Shown piece after piece: positions 54,149 through 62,628 of a stretch of DNA of 64,000 nt. The position numbers and the translations under genes were made by a program. Where the stretch lies: positions 186,001 through 250,000 of the IMG/VR virus record IMGVR_UViG_3300005289_000016; one strand, given 5' to 3'. The notes beneath the pieces are model-generated. The model saw only the letters and a list, made by a program, of their open reading frames with translations, was not told the DNA's origin and searched no databases. Position 1 is the first letter of the stretch. Every line of letters starts with the position of its first letter.

Positions 54149-54782
54149 TGTTGATACCCTCGAGGTAGGCTTGCATGGCCGGGTAGCAGTCCCGGAGTTT
54201 GGCGAAGGAGTAGTTGCTCATCTGCGCCTGGATCATCTGGTCATCACGACCCGTCAGACGCCAGTCAAAGCGAAGACCTTCTTGCACCAGAGTCAGAGGG
54301 GTGTTGGCACCGGCCTCGTACTTGGTGATGTGGACCGCGTTGGCGTAATCCCACGGCGACTTCTGTAGCAGACGCCATGCCGCAGAGCTGGCCACTTGTT
54401 CCGCCGATTCCTGAGCAAAGGACAGCAGGGACATTGGCTCAGCCAGCACCTTGTTGTTCAGGAAGTCGTTGACGATGGCATCTTCAAGGTACAGCAGCTT
54501 AGGCGTGATGGTGCCCTTGGTGCGGAAGTACAGCTTGGTGATACCTGGACGCTGGCGAGGGATGTACGGTTGAACATCACCGCCCAGATGCGGAGCAGGT
54601 TGACCTTCTGGCCACCATTCGATGGTGTAGCCGACGATGGCGTATTGCAGATCGCTCAGGTAGTTGAAGACAGTGGCGTCTTTGATGCGGCAGTTGGCAC
54701 GCAGTTGCACACCGGAGTTGTCCAGCAGGCGAATGGTGCGGAAGTGACCGCGGTCCGGACCTGTGTAGAGTTCGTCAGCCAT
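54135..54782 (-). CDS. hypothetical protein of the radical-SAM cassette (215 aa)
   Basis: Starts 2 nt after the oxygenase stop codon; overlaps the endolysin start by 14 nt. Confidence 0.75.
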   Translation of the reverse strand: MADELYTGPDRGHFRTIRLLDNSGVQLRANCRIKDATVFNYLSDLQYAIVGYTIEWWPEGQPAPHLGGDVQPYIPRQRPGITKLYFRTKGTITPKLLYLEDAIVNDFLNNKVLAEPMSLLSFAQESAEQVASSAAWRLLQKSPWDYANAVHITKYEAGANTPLTLVQEGLRFDWRLTGRDDQMIQAQMSNYSFAKLRDCYPAMQAYLEGINNGGN

Positions 54783-54784
54783 GG

Positions 54785-55336
54785 TTACGCCTTGAAGTGG
54801 AAGTCATTGATCAGCGACAACCGCAGTTGCGCAGGGTTAGCAGCAACGCTGTGCTGGATGTAGCTCGGCATCAGCCACAAGTCACCAGCTTTCGGCGAGA
54901 TGTAGTGTTCGCCGAAGTGCGAGTCACGCACAGCACGCGGATAACCACGCGATGCATTGAAACGCGGGTCGATTAGCGACATGCCGGCTTGGGAATCTTC
55001 CGGGTAGTACACACTGGTCAGGCAGGAGTTGCCATGTAGGTGTGCACTCAGACCTTCCTGATGATCGAAGGCCTTGCCGAAGGTGTCGATCATGACTTCT
55101 TTCGGCATGACGTTGAAGATCTTCTGGATGTAGTCTTCGGCCACAGGACGCAGGATCACGTCACGGAAGTGAGTCAGGGCCGGGAACATCTCAGGGGTGA
55201 TTTCCAGCGGAGTCTGCGAGTTCCGAGGGGACATGCAGTGCAGCTGATGGATCTCATCAATGAGGGCCGCGTTATCCACTTGGTCCAGCAGATTGACGTG
55301 ACCGATCTCGATTTTCCATGGTTGGAAGAGTTTCAT
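54785..55336 (-). CDS. 2OG-Fe(II) oxygenase-like protein (TIGR02466 / 2OG-FeII_Oxy_5 type), paralog 3
   Basis: HLHGNSCLTSVYY, IDPR, PKAGDLWLMPSYIQHSV, RLSL. Confidence 0.85.
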   Translation of the reverse strand: MKLFQPWKIEIGHVNLLDQVDNAALIDEIHQLHCMSPRNSQTPLEITPEMFPALTHFRDVILRPVAEDYIQKIFNVMPKEVMIDTFGKAFDHQEGLSAHLHGNSCLTSVYYPEDSQAGMSLIDPRFNASRGYPRAVRDSHFGEHYISPKAGDLWLMPSYIQHSVAANPAQLRLSLINDFHFKA

Positions 55337-55350
55337 TGAACGTCCCTATG

Positions 55351-55908
55351 TCAGTTGGGGTCGAGGAAGTAATCGTTGACGAAGGAGAGGCGTAGCTCAT
55401 CCCGAACGGGGTTAACCGAATGCAGGATGTAACTTGGGATGATGTACACATCCCCAGCCTTAGGCTCGATCCGGTAGTTACCGAAGTGTCCACGACTGAT
55501 GTGGCTTGGATAACCACGAGCAGCATTGCCCCGCGGGTCAACCAAGACCAGACGTGACGCAGCATCAACCGGATACATCACCACAGTCAGACTCGACATA
55601 GCGTGGATGTGATGTTCGAGGTCTGCTCCGTCCTGGATACATACACATTGCGACAAAATGTCGACATCCGCAGCTTCAAGGCTCAGGTCGAACTCAGTGC
55701 GAATGTACTCAAGGACTTTCGGAGTGATGCAGCGATCACGCAGGTCCACCAGATCCGCTACCTCAGGAGCGTTGGGATCAACGGATACGAAGCTGCCGTT
55801 GACTTGCATGCTGTTGGCCAAGATAGCACCAACGATGAGATCAAGGTCCACCTGATCAGCAATGTTGAACTTACCGATGGTGGTGGTCCAAGGTTGGATA
55901 CGTTCCAT
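55351..55908 (-). CDS. 2OG-Fe(II) oxygenase-like protein, paralog 2
   Basis: HIHAMSSLTVVMY, VDPRG, PKAGDVYIIPSYILHSV, RLSF. Confidence 0.85.
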   Translation of the reverse strand: MERIQPWTTTIGKFNIADQVDLDLIVGAILANSMQVNGSFVSVDPNAPEVADLVDLRDRCITPKVLEYIRTEFDLSLEAADVDILSQCVCIQDGADLEHHIHAMSSLTVVMYPVDAASRLVLVDPRGNAARGYPSHISRGHFGNYRIEPKAGDVYIIPSYILHSVNPVRDELRLSFVNDYFLDPN

Positions 55909-55910
55909 GG

Positions 55911-56474
55911 TCAGAGATCCGTGATGACGTAGTATTCGTGCAGCAATGAGAGACGGGTAGCCTCGTCGACATTGGGCACACTGTGTTGGACATAGCTCGG
56001 GAAGATCAGCACATCGCCCGCTTTCGGACTGACTTTGAAGTTGGCAAAGTGCGGGCTATTGCGCATGCGCTTGGGATAGCCACGACAAGCATTGCCTTTC
56101 GGGTCGAACATGACCAACGAATTGGTCGAGTCGCTTGGGTAGCAGATGGCAGAGATCACAGAGCCAGGATGGTAGTGCGGAAACAGACCTTGCCCTTCAG
56201 GAATCCACTTGCCGTTGGTGTCGACGTGGAATTCATTGATGTTGAACGCAAAGTGTTCCTTGGCGTACTCCATCACCTTGGGTGTAATGATCCGGTCCCG
56301 CATCTCGAGGATGATCGGGAAGAGTTCCCTGTTCTTGATGACCAGTTGACGATCGTCTTCTCCGTCAGTCATTGCAAACAACGACAGGACTTCATCAGCA
56401 TACGCTGCCATGTCGAACTGATCGGCTACGTTGAACCGCACCAATGGAACAGACCACAGGTTGAGTGTTTCCAT
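55911..56474 (-). CDS. 2OG-Fe(II) oxygenase-like protein, paralog 1
   Basis: HYHPGSVISAICY, FDPKG, PKAGDVLIFPSYVQHSV, RLSL. Confidence 0.85.
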   Translation of the reverse strand: METLNLWSVPLVRFNVADQFDMAAYADEVLSLFAMTDGEDDRQLVIKNRELFPIILEMRDRIITPKVMEYAKEHFAFNINEFHVDTNGKWIPEGQGLFPHYHPGSVISAICYPSDSTNSLVMFDPKGNACRGYPKRMRNSPHFANFKVSPKAGDVLIFPSYVQHSVPNVDEATRLSLLHEYYVITDL

Positions 56475-56476
56475 GG

Positions 56477-56908
56477 TTACTCCGTGAGGGATGCGATCCC
56501 TTCCTCAGTGCACTCGAGCAGACAGTACTTGACCGACTTGGGAGCCCAGCCGCCTTTGATCCAGTCCGGCATGTCTTTCAACCGTTTTAAGATCGCTTCG
56601 TACGTTTCTGGATCGCAACTGTACGGGACGAAGTACGGGTCCTGATTAAGGAACAGGTCCTTGTCGTCGAGGATGGTCCGAACAGGCAGGTTGTAGAGAT
56701 CACACAGCGTGAAGGCGTAGATGATGGCCACGGCGTAACTCTTAGCCGGGTACACCAACGGGAATTCAGCCTTCTGGAAGTACGCCAAGGCGTTCTCTAC
56801 TAGCTCACCACTTTCGACGAACTCCATCAGGGAGAAATCGTCAGTGTGCTCGGTGACCAGCAGATTATAGAGCTGCTGGTATTCTTTATAAGGGAGAGTG
56901 TGCATCAT
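56477..56908 (-). CDS. hypothetical helical protein of the cassette (143 aa)
   Basis: GAGGA RBS; tightly packed between the radical-SAM-like and oxygenase genes; YPAKSYAVA and LFLNQDPYF segments. Confidence 0.75.
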   Translation of the reverse strand: MMHTLPYKEYQQLYNLLVTEHTDDFSLMEFVESGELVENALAYFQKAEFPLVYPAKSYAVAIIYAFTLCDLYNLPVRTILDDKDLFLNQDPYFVPYSCDPETYEAILKRLKDMPDWIKGGWAPKSVKYCLLECTEEGIASLTE

Positions 56909-57950
56909 GTTCCTCTTTGGTCATCAGATCCCAGCGGTTCTTCATGTCGATGAGGCATTTTTCAGAACCCGTTTCTTCCATCAGGCGCTGAACGTCACAC
57001 CGTGAACAACTATCGAGGAAACAGCAGTCGCCACACTCAGGATGTGCACTGTATTTCTCAAGGTTACGGTAGTACGCTTCTTGCCGGTCTGCGATCACAG
57101 CTTCGGCAGTCCACGGCTTTGCCAGCTTGAAGTTGTCTTTGTAGATGGTGAGGTTCTCTACCAACACAATGGTCGAATAGAGGGAGCCGCCACGGTAGGT
57201 GAATTCATACCCTTCCTTGTTGCCTGGAATCAATGGTACAAATTCAACGGTATTCACACGCTCTTTTGCAAAGTCAGCGAATACCTTCAGATCTCGCTTG
57301 AACCGCTCGGCATTCATGATGTTGTCGAAGCCTTGGCGGGCTGCCACAAAGGGGAACTCAATCACCTTGTGGATACCTTCGCCGAAGTCCATGTAGCGGA
57401 TCTTCTTGAACGCCTCGTCGCTGAAGTGAGCAAGGTTACCTTCCTCGACGTTGATGGTGGCATACAGGCGACTGAACTCTGCTTTCTTCATCATGCCTTT
57501 GAATCGCGCAAGGCGATCCTTGAGGATGGCGACGTATTTGTCGTTGCAGATATTCTTCAAGGTGATGGGTGTGCCAACGTTGACATACTTGCCGGGCATC
57601 AACTCATCCATCAACTCAGCGACTTCTTCCAGATGGCGATCATGGAGCATCGCCATGTTGATCGTCAGCACTTTAAAGTGAGCAGCGATCTTGCGAAACG
57701 ATGGGTGGCGCAATACCTGAAACCCGTTGTCCGCACTGGTAATGTCGGTCGGCCCTAACTTGAGTTCCAGCAGACGGAAGTCGTGGGCTTTCAAGTCTTC
57801 GAGCAACGCTTCCAAATCAGCCGTGTCTTCATCAGACATGTCGAAGGGAGCGAAGTTCTTCTCGACAGTACAGCCGGGGCAGCTATAGCCACACCCCTTG
57901 AGGACTTCCAGACCCAAGTTAAAGGTCTGGGATACACGTTCACTGAACAT
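56886..57950 (-). CDS. radical-SAM-like protein, non-canonical (CxxxCxxC = CGYSCPGC)
   Basis: N-terminal Cys triad; GPTD in place of GGE; C-terminal CGDCCFLDSCSRC Cys cluster. Confidence 0.7.
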   Translation of the reverse strand: MFSERVSQTFNLGLEVLKGCGYSCPGCTVEKNFAPFDMSDEDTADLEALLEDLKAHDFRLLELKLGPTDITSADNGFQVLRHPSFRKIAAHFKVLTINMAMLHDRHLEEVAELMDELMPGKYVNVGTPITLKNICNDKYVAILKDRLARFKGMMKKAEFSRLYATINVEEGNLAHFSDEAFKKIRYMDFGEGIHKVIEFPFVAARQGFDNIMNAERFKRDLKVFADFAKERVNTVEFVPLIPGNKEGYEFTYRGGSLYSTIVLVENLTIYKDNFKLAKPWTAEAVIADRQEAYYRNLEKYSAHPECGDCCFLDSCSRCDVQRLMEETGSEKCLIDMKNRWDLMTKEEHDAHSPL

Positions 57951-58968
57951 ACTGCAACCCCACTAGGCAGTCTTTGATTGACATGTGTTGCATGATCGCG
58001 CTGATGCCCTTCTCAGAGCAGCTACTGATGTAGGGGCACGTCATACAGGGCGTGTCCTTCAAGTACTCCAGAGACGCATCCAGAGCCTTCTGACGCACTG
58101 TCAAGAGGTTCTCCATGGTCCATGGCTTAGGGATGGTGAACTCGTCGTCTAGGAACGGGCAATCATCCTTCAAGAAAGGCACCCAGTACAGCTTACCGTC
58201 GGTGTACAGCAAGTTGCACATGGTCCCAGTGTCATAATGCAGGTCTGGGTTACGTCGACGTTCATCCTGACCTTCAAGCTCAGAGTAGTACTGCGTGATG
58301 CGGTAACTCATGCGCTTGATCTGCTCACTCACCATCAGGGTCTTTTGTTTAACCCGACCGTAAGGGATGTTCAGGATGTCATCTTTGTCCACAGGGAACT
58401 CAACGTCAAACCCAGCCCGCATGAACTCCTCGAACTTGTCGTCCACGGTGTCCTGCGTGCAACTGATAACAAAGCCAGCCTCATTCAAGTACGCCGATTG
58501 CATGGTGTTCTTGATGTGGGAAAGCTTCTTACCCACCATGTTGCCGAACTTCTCATTGCGGAAGAAGTACGGCGCAGCAGGGATCAGGAAGCGGATAGGC
58601 TTACCTGGCACTGATTGATCGATCTCAGCACACATACTCGTGTACTTGTCCATGTTCGTCTCAAGGAACGCTGCGTTGAACGTCACCTGATGGAACATCT
58701 GAGCCATCTCTTGGAACTCAGGATGGGCCATGACCTCATCTTTGTTGCTGGCAGTCATGTAGTCGGTAGGGCCGACACCCAGATCGAACGCCACGTAACC
58801 TGCTGTGGTCATTTCCGTCAGCAGGTCCTTCAGGGCAGCGAGGTCATTGACATCACCGCCCATGGCCTTGTCGATCATGCATCCGGGACAGACGTGTCCG
58901 CACCCTCGGAATAGATCAAGCGTGATTTCCAGCCGCTGTCTGTGCTGGACGAAGTGTGGAGATTCCAT
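57940..58968 (-). CDS. radical-SAM-like protein, non-canonical (CGHVCPGC)
   Basis: N-terminal Cys triad; GPTD; C-terminal CMTCPYISSC; paralog of 56886-57950. Confidence 0.7.
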   Translation of the reverse strand: MESPHFVQHRQRLEITLDLFRGCGHVCPGCMIDKAMGGDVNDLAALKDLLTEMTTAGYVAFDLGVGPTDYMTASNKDEVMAHPEFQEMAQMFHQVTFNAAFLETNMDKYTSMCAEIDQSVPGKPIRFLIPAAPYFFRNEKFGNMVGKKLSHIKNTMQSAYLNEAGFVISCTQDTVDDKFEEFMRAGFDVEFPVDKDDILNIPYGRVKQKTLMVSEQIKRMSYRITQYYSELEGQDERRRNPDLHYDTGTMCNLLYTDGKLYWVPFLKDDCPFLDDEFTIPKPWTMENLLTVRQKALDASLEYLKDTPCMTCPYISSCSEKGISAIMQHMSIKDCLVGLQYVQ

Positions 58969-59879
58969 TGGTCAAGTAACCCCTTGAAGCCGTTACAGGA
59001 GTGAGTCAGATCTTTCACCTCCCGAAGATGCTCAGAGAGGCAGTGACCCATGTAGTTACAGGAAGAGCAGTGACCATTGGTCGTGACTGCTTCTTTTTCT
59101 TTGGCACACCACGCAAGGTAACCAGCAACGCCATCCACATCGAGGAAGAACTCGTTGTCATTGGCATCGAACTCAAGCACAGCCAGAGAGCCCGTCGGTG
59201 TGATGTAGAGGTGATCGTCACTGAAGGCATTACGCGTACCTTCAGCCGCCTCTTTCACTTGCCGCTCATTCTCAAAGTAGAACTCTCGCTCAGGGTGTTC
59301 AATGACAGCCCAGACGAAACGCTCAAACTCATCAAACGGCACGTTCTGGGCATTGGCCTGGTTCGTGCTGTAGGGTTTGATCTCGACGTCCTTTGCATTG
59401 GCCAGCATGTTCATGGTCTGCACGAACGTATCGACGCTCACGGTGTCCAGGAACTTGCGAGAGGCCAACGTCAGGATGGTGAAGGGACGCGTCAGCATGA
59501 AAAGGTTGTTCAACACCCGGTCATGCATCTCCCGTGCTTCAAAGTCATACGACACGCTGAGGTCGAAGTCCAAGTCCTCGGTGATCTCGTTGAGCAACGT
59601 GAGGTTCGAGACCAACACGATATCATCCAGACCGTACCGGTGCAGGATCTCTTTCATCTCCAGCAGGTACTCGGGAGGCAACAGCAGGACTTCCCCACCG
59701 TAGATGTCGATGTGCCCAACGTCATAGTGCTCAAGGATCTCCAGCAGCCTTTCTTCAAAGACGCCCAAGTCCATGCGTGTCCGATCACCCAACTGCTCTG
59801 GTGTGAGATAACAGAACTCACAGCGCAGGTTACAGTAGTAAGACGGGTTTACGCTGAGGTTGATTTTTGGCTTAGGCAT
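58875..59879 (-). CDS. radical SAM/SPASM-type protein
   Basis: CNLRCEFC, YGGE, C-terminal CSSCNYMGHC...C; 3' end overlaps the next gene by 94 nt. Confidence 0.88.
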   Translation of the reverse strand: MPKPKINLSVNPSYYCNLRCEFCYLTPEQLGDRTRMDLGVFEERLLEILEHYDVGHIDIYGGEVLLLPPEYLLEMKEILHRYGLDDIVLVSNLTLLNEITEDLDFDLSVSYDFEAREMHDRVLNNLFMLTRPFTILTLASRKFLDTVSVDTFVQTMNMLANAKDVEIKPYSTNQANAQNVPFDEFERFVWAVIEHPEREFYFENERQVKEAAEGTRNAFSDDHLYITPTGSLAVLEFDANDNEFFLDVDGVAGYLAWCAKEKEAVTTNGHCSSCNYMGHCLSEHLREVKDLTHSCNGFKGLLDQWNLHTSSSTDSGWKSRLIYSEGADTSVPDA

Positions 59880-60091
59880 TTGATAAGTTCTCGCTGGTAG
59901 GGATTCAATGGAACTCCCATGGAATCCTTCATTACATCGAGGAAGTCATCCACGTTCTCGGTGCACCGTTTGATGACGACCTTCTTCAAGACCTCAGGGA
60001 TCTGAAGCTTGAGTTCGTAGCCCGGTGGGAAGAAAGCCATTTGATCGACGATCATGGTCAAGTCCTCAGAGAATCGTGGAACCACTTTCAA
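59849..60091 (-). CDS. small hypothetical protein (68-80 aa; start 60091 or 60055)
   Basis: ORF track; fills the gap inside the cassette. Confidence 0.5.
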   Translation of the reverse strand: MKVVPRFSEDLTMIVDQMAFFPPGYELKLQIPEVLKKVVIKRCTENVDDFLDVMKDSMGVPLNPYQRELIKCLSQKSTSA

Positions 60092-60272
60092 CTGACTTGG
60101 AATGTTTCATAGCCAGTTCATGGATGCTCTTGCGCAGGTCAACTTCGAAGTCGGCAAAGCCCACCGACGTCATGGTCAGTCCACGAGCCACCAGCTGACG
60201 TATGATCGCTTCGCCTTCCCGCTCGAGGGTGGTGGTAAGTTCTTTCTTCAGTTGTTCATGACCGTATTTCAT
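60066..60272 (-). CDS. small hypothetical protein (68 aa)
   Basis: Starts 2 nt after the radical-SAM stop codon. Confidence 0.55.
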   Translation of the reverse strand: MKYGHEQLKKELTTTLEREGEAIIRQLVARGLTMTSVGFADFEVDLRKSIHELAMKHSKSVESGSTIL

Positions 60273-60274
60273 GG

Positions 60275-61363
60275 TTAGCCTTTCGCGATGAGTTGGACAG
60301 ATTCGTCCACGTAAGGTGTTGGGATCAGGTATTCAGTCTGACCGTTCAATTCAATGATGCGAGGAGCCAGCGTCTTCATCTTCTTGCAATGATGTTCAGC
60401 CAGACCCAGTCGTTTAGTGTCAGCCACCGTCTTACGGCAACCGTTGCACACAGGGAACATCGGACACTCGTTACAGGCGTCCTTCATCGACCACAGTTCT
60501 TCCTGATTGCGCAGTGGAGTGAAGAACTCACCCGCCATCTCTTTCTCGAAGTCGATGGGGTACTTGAGGTCGTCACCAAAGGCTCCACAGGAGAAATACT
60601 GGTTGCCCGGTTGCAGACTGCGGATACCGCCATCGCAATCACGGGACAGAGGGCAGATGGTGTTCTGCGTCGACAGGCGCTTGACCAATTGCTTGGTGTT
60701 GAACTCCCACTGCATGAGACCAGCGTCGTAGATTTCAAGGTACTTCTCGTACATGTCAGCCTGAGTGTACATGGTCTCAGCGTTGCCCATGGAGACGCCC
60801 TTGTTGAGCACCACAGGACCAGAAGCTACCGCGTAGTTAACCTTGGCCTCTACGCCCATCCGCTGAGCCAGACGCACCGTGTCAAGGACCGTGTGCTCAT
60901 TGCTCTTATCGACGACTGCAATGAAGTCAGGACGATAGCCAATGCGCTCAAGGAACAGATCACTGACTGCCCAGAACTCTTCTTCAGTGAACGGCGTCTT
61001 ATCGCCCTTGAGGCGTGCATCGCCGTACTGGAACGAGGTCGTCACACCCAGACGTGGATGACGGAACAACTCTTCCCACATCTCAGGCTTCTTGTAGAAA
61101 GGCCAGAGGTTGCTGGTGAAGGAGATCGACGCATCGGACTCCAGACGGTCTAGGATCGCGATCAGGTCCCAGTAATACTGCACAGGCATCATGAGAGGGT
61201 CACCGCCGTTAACGATGATGGTGCGCGTCTCAGGGTACCGTACGATGAACCGTTCCACATCCTCCAGACTCACGACCTCATTGGCGTCATCGGTCAGGTA
61301 GGTGCTGGAGCAAAAGGTGCACTTGAAGTTACACCGCTGCGTCGGCTTTAGGATCAGGTCCAT
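60275..61363 (-). CDS. radical SAM/SPASM domain protein (362 aa)
   Basis: KPTQRCNFKCTFC, NGGDP, SPASM-like CPLSRDC...FSC...CNECPMFPVCNGC...C. Confidence 0.92.
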   Translation of the reverse strand: MDLILKPTQRCNFKCTFCSSTYLTDDANEVVSLEDVERFIVRYPETRTIIVNGGDPLMMPVQYYWDLIAILDRLESDASISFTSNLWPFYKKPEMWEELFRHPRLGVTTSFQYGDARLKGDKTPFTEEEFWAVSDLFLERIGYRPDFIAVVDKSNEHTVLDTVRLAQRMGVEAKVNYAVASGPVVLNKGVSMGNAETMYTQADMYEKYLEIYDAGLMQWEFNTKQLVKRLSTQNTICPLSRDCDGGIRSLQPGNQYFSCGAFGDDLKYPIDFEKEMAGEFFTPLRNQEELWSMKDACNECPMFPVCNGCRKTVADTKRLGLAEHHCKKMKTLAPRIIELNGQTEYLIPTPYVDESVQLIAKG

Positions 61364-61544
61364 CGGTGTTCCCCTTGTTCTCGTATTTGCCCGTCCAGAC
61401 ACCAAGGTAATCTCGACGGAATTGTTCGTGCTCTGGACTACGCGCTTCCTCTAACTTCTTACGAAGCCAGGTATCGTCACCCAGCTTACGAGGGAACCGA
61501 GGTACACGTGGTAGGCGACGCATTGGTAGGATGGGGTCGGTCAT
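61329..61544 (-). CDS. small basic protein (71 aa, MTDPILPMRRLPRVPRFPRK...)
   Basis: GGAG RBS before the ATG at 61544; follows an AT-rich intergenic region. Confidence 0.5.
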   Translation of the reverse strand: MTDPILPMRRLPRVPRFPRKLGDDTWLRKKLEEARSPEHEQFRRDYLGVWTGKYENKGNTDGPDPKADAAV

Positions 61545-61596
61545 GGATAACACTCCAGATATATTCATAGGAATGTTTGAGTGAAGTTTTAAATAG

Positions 61597-61626
61597 CGGA
61601 CATAGGGGAGGGACGAGCCCTCCCCG
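61597..61626 (-). terminator. terminator-like hairpin inside the cassette
   Basis: GGGGAGGG/CCCTCCCC stem immediately after the 61630 stop codon, followed on the minus strand by TATGTCCG. Confidence 0.6.
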
Positions 61627-61629
61627 AGT

Positions 61630-62628
61630 CTACAAGACGACTTTGAACATCTCTCGGATAGAGCAGACCTTGGACTTGCTGTCCAAGACCTTGTCGTGCA
61701 GGAAACAACGCAGCCCACACCGGGAGTAGTACTCGCACTCAAAGCAACCGTAATGTTCCACGAATGCAACCTCAGCAGCGTCCTTGGCAATCAAGCCTTC
61801 AGTCTCGTCTAAGATCGCATCCTTACCTGCTTCAGACCAACAGGTACTGATCACGCCATCCTTGTTGATGATCTTGGTGGAGCGACACGTGGTCTCATTG
61901 ATCACGTTGTTCTTCCAGTCCTTGATCGGATACGAGTTCGGGTACTTGTTGTTCAGCGCAATGTACATCGTGCTGATCAGGTCTTCGTCAGGTTGGTGAT
62001 GCAGGTACATCTGACTGGGGATGTAATGATCGAAGTACACATCGTACCGTTCACACATCTCAGCAAACTCCTCGCCTTCTTTACCGTCAAGGAATGTCTG
62101 GATGTTCTGTTTGGTGATCACCACGTTGACCGTCTGGACCAGATCACCCAGCGTCTCGAGGTTCTTGAAGAACAAGGCTCGTTGAGCAGGATTGAATCGA
62201 CCAGCGGGGTCATAAGACGTGGCCAGCCAGACACGCTCATCAATCACCCGAAGGCGTTCGATAAGGTGCCTGACTCGGTCAGTGTTGTGATAAACGAGGT
62301 TCGTGCCAAAGACCAGTTTGATGTGCTTGAAGTGACTCAAGGCCATCTTGCCGGCTTGGTAGTAAGCTTCGAAGAGTTCGTCGCTCACCTCGTTCATGAA
62401 CAGTTCACCGCCTGTGAAGTTAACCACCATGGCTGTGTCTGGATGTGTAGTCGCCAACAACTTAGCAACCTTGTCGATCACTAGATCCCCGTCGAGACCC
62501 ACTTTGGAATCGTGGTCCTGGTGGCAGAATGAGCAGCGCATGTTGCACAGCTCGAACAGAATCAGGTGAGCTTCTTTCCACTTACCTTTCTTCTCACGCA
62601 GGATGTCTACAACAGGGATCAGGTTCAT
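61630..62628 (-). CDS. radical SAM/SPASM-type protein (332 aa)
   Basis: CNMRCSFC, TGGE, C-terminal TTC...STC...CFECEYYSRCGLRC...C. Confidence 0.88.
   Translation of the reverse strand: MNLIPVVDILREKKGKWKEAHLILFELCNMRCSFCHQDHDSKVGLDGDLVIDKVAKLLATTHPDTAMVVNFTGGELFMNEVSDELFEAYYQAGKMALSHFKHIKLVFGTNLVYHNTDRVRHLIERLRVIDERVWLATSYDPAGRFNPAQRALFFKNLETLGDLVQTVNVVITKQNIQTFLDGKEGEEFAEMCERYDVYFDHYIPSQMYLHHQPDEDLISTMYIALNNKYPNSYPIKDWKNNVINETTCRSTKIINKDGVISTCWSEAGKDAILDETEGLIAKDAAEVAFVEHYGCFECEYYSRCGLRCFLHDKVLDSKSKVCSIREMFKVVL

Noticed and set aside
61329-61544. EQFRRDYLGVW as a terminase fragment
   Set aside because: The resemblance to terminase C-terminal motifs is too short and there is no ATPase or nuclease domain.
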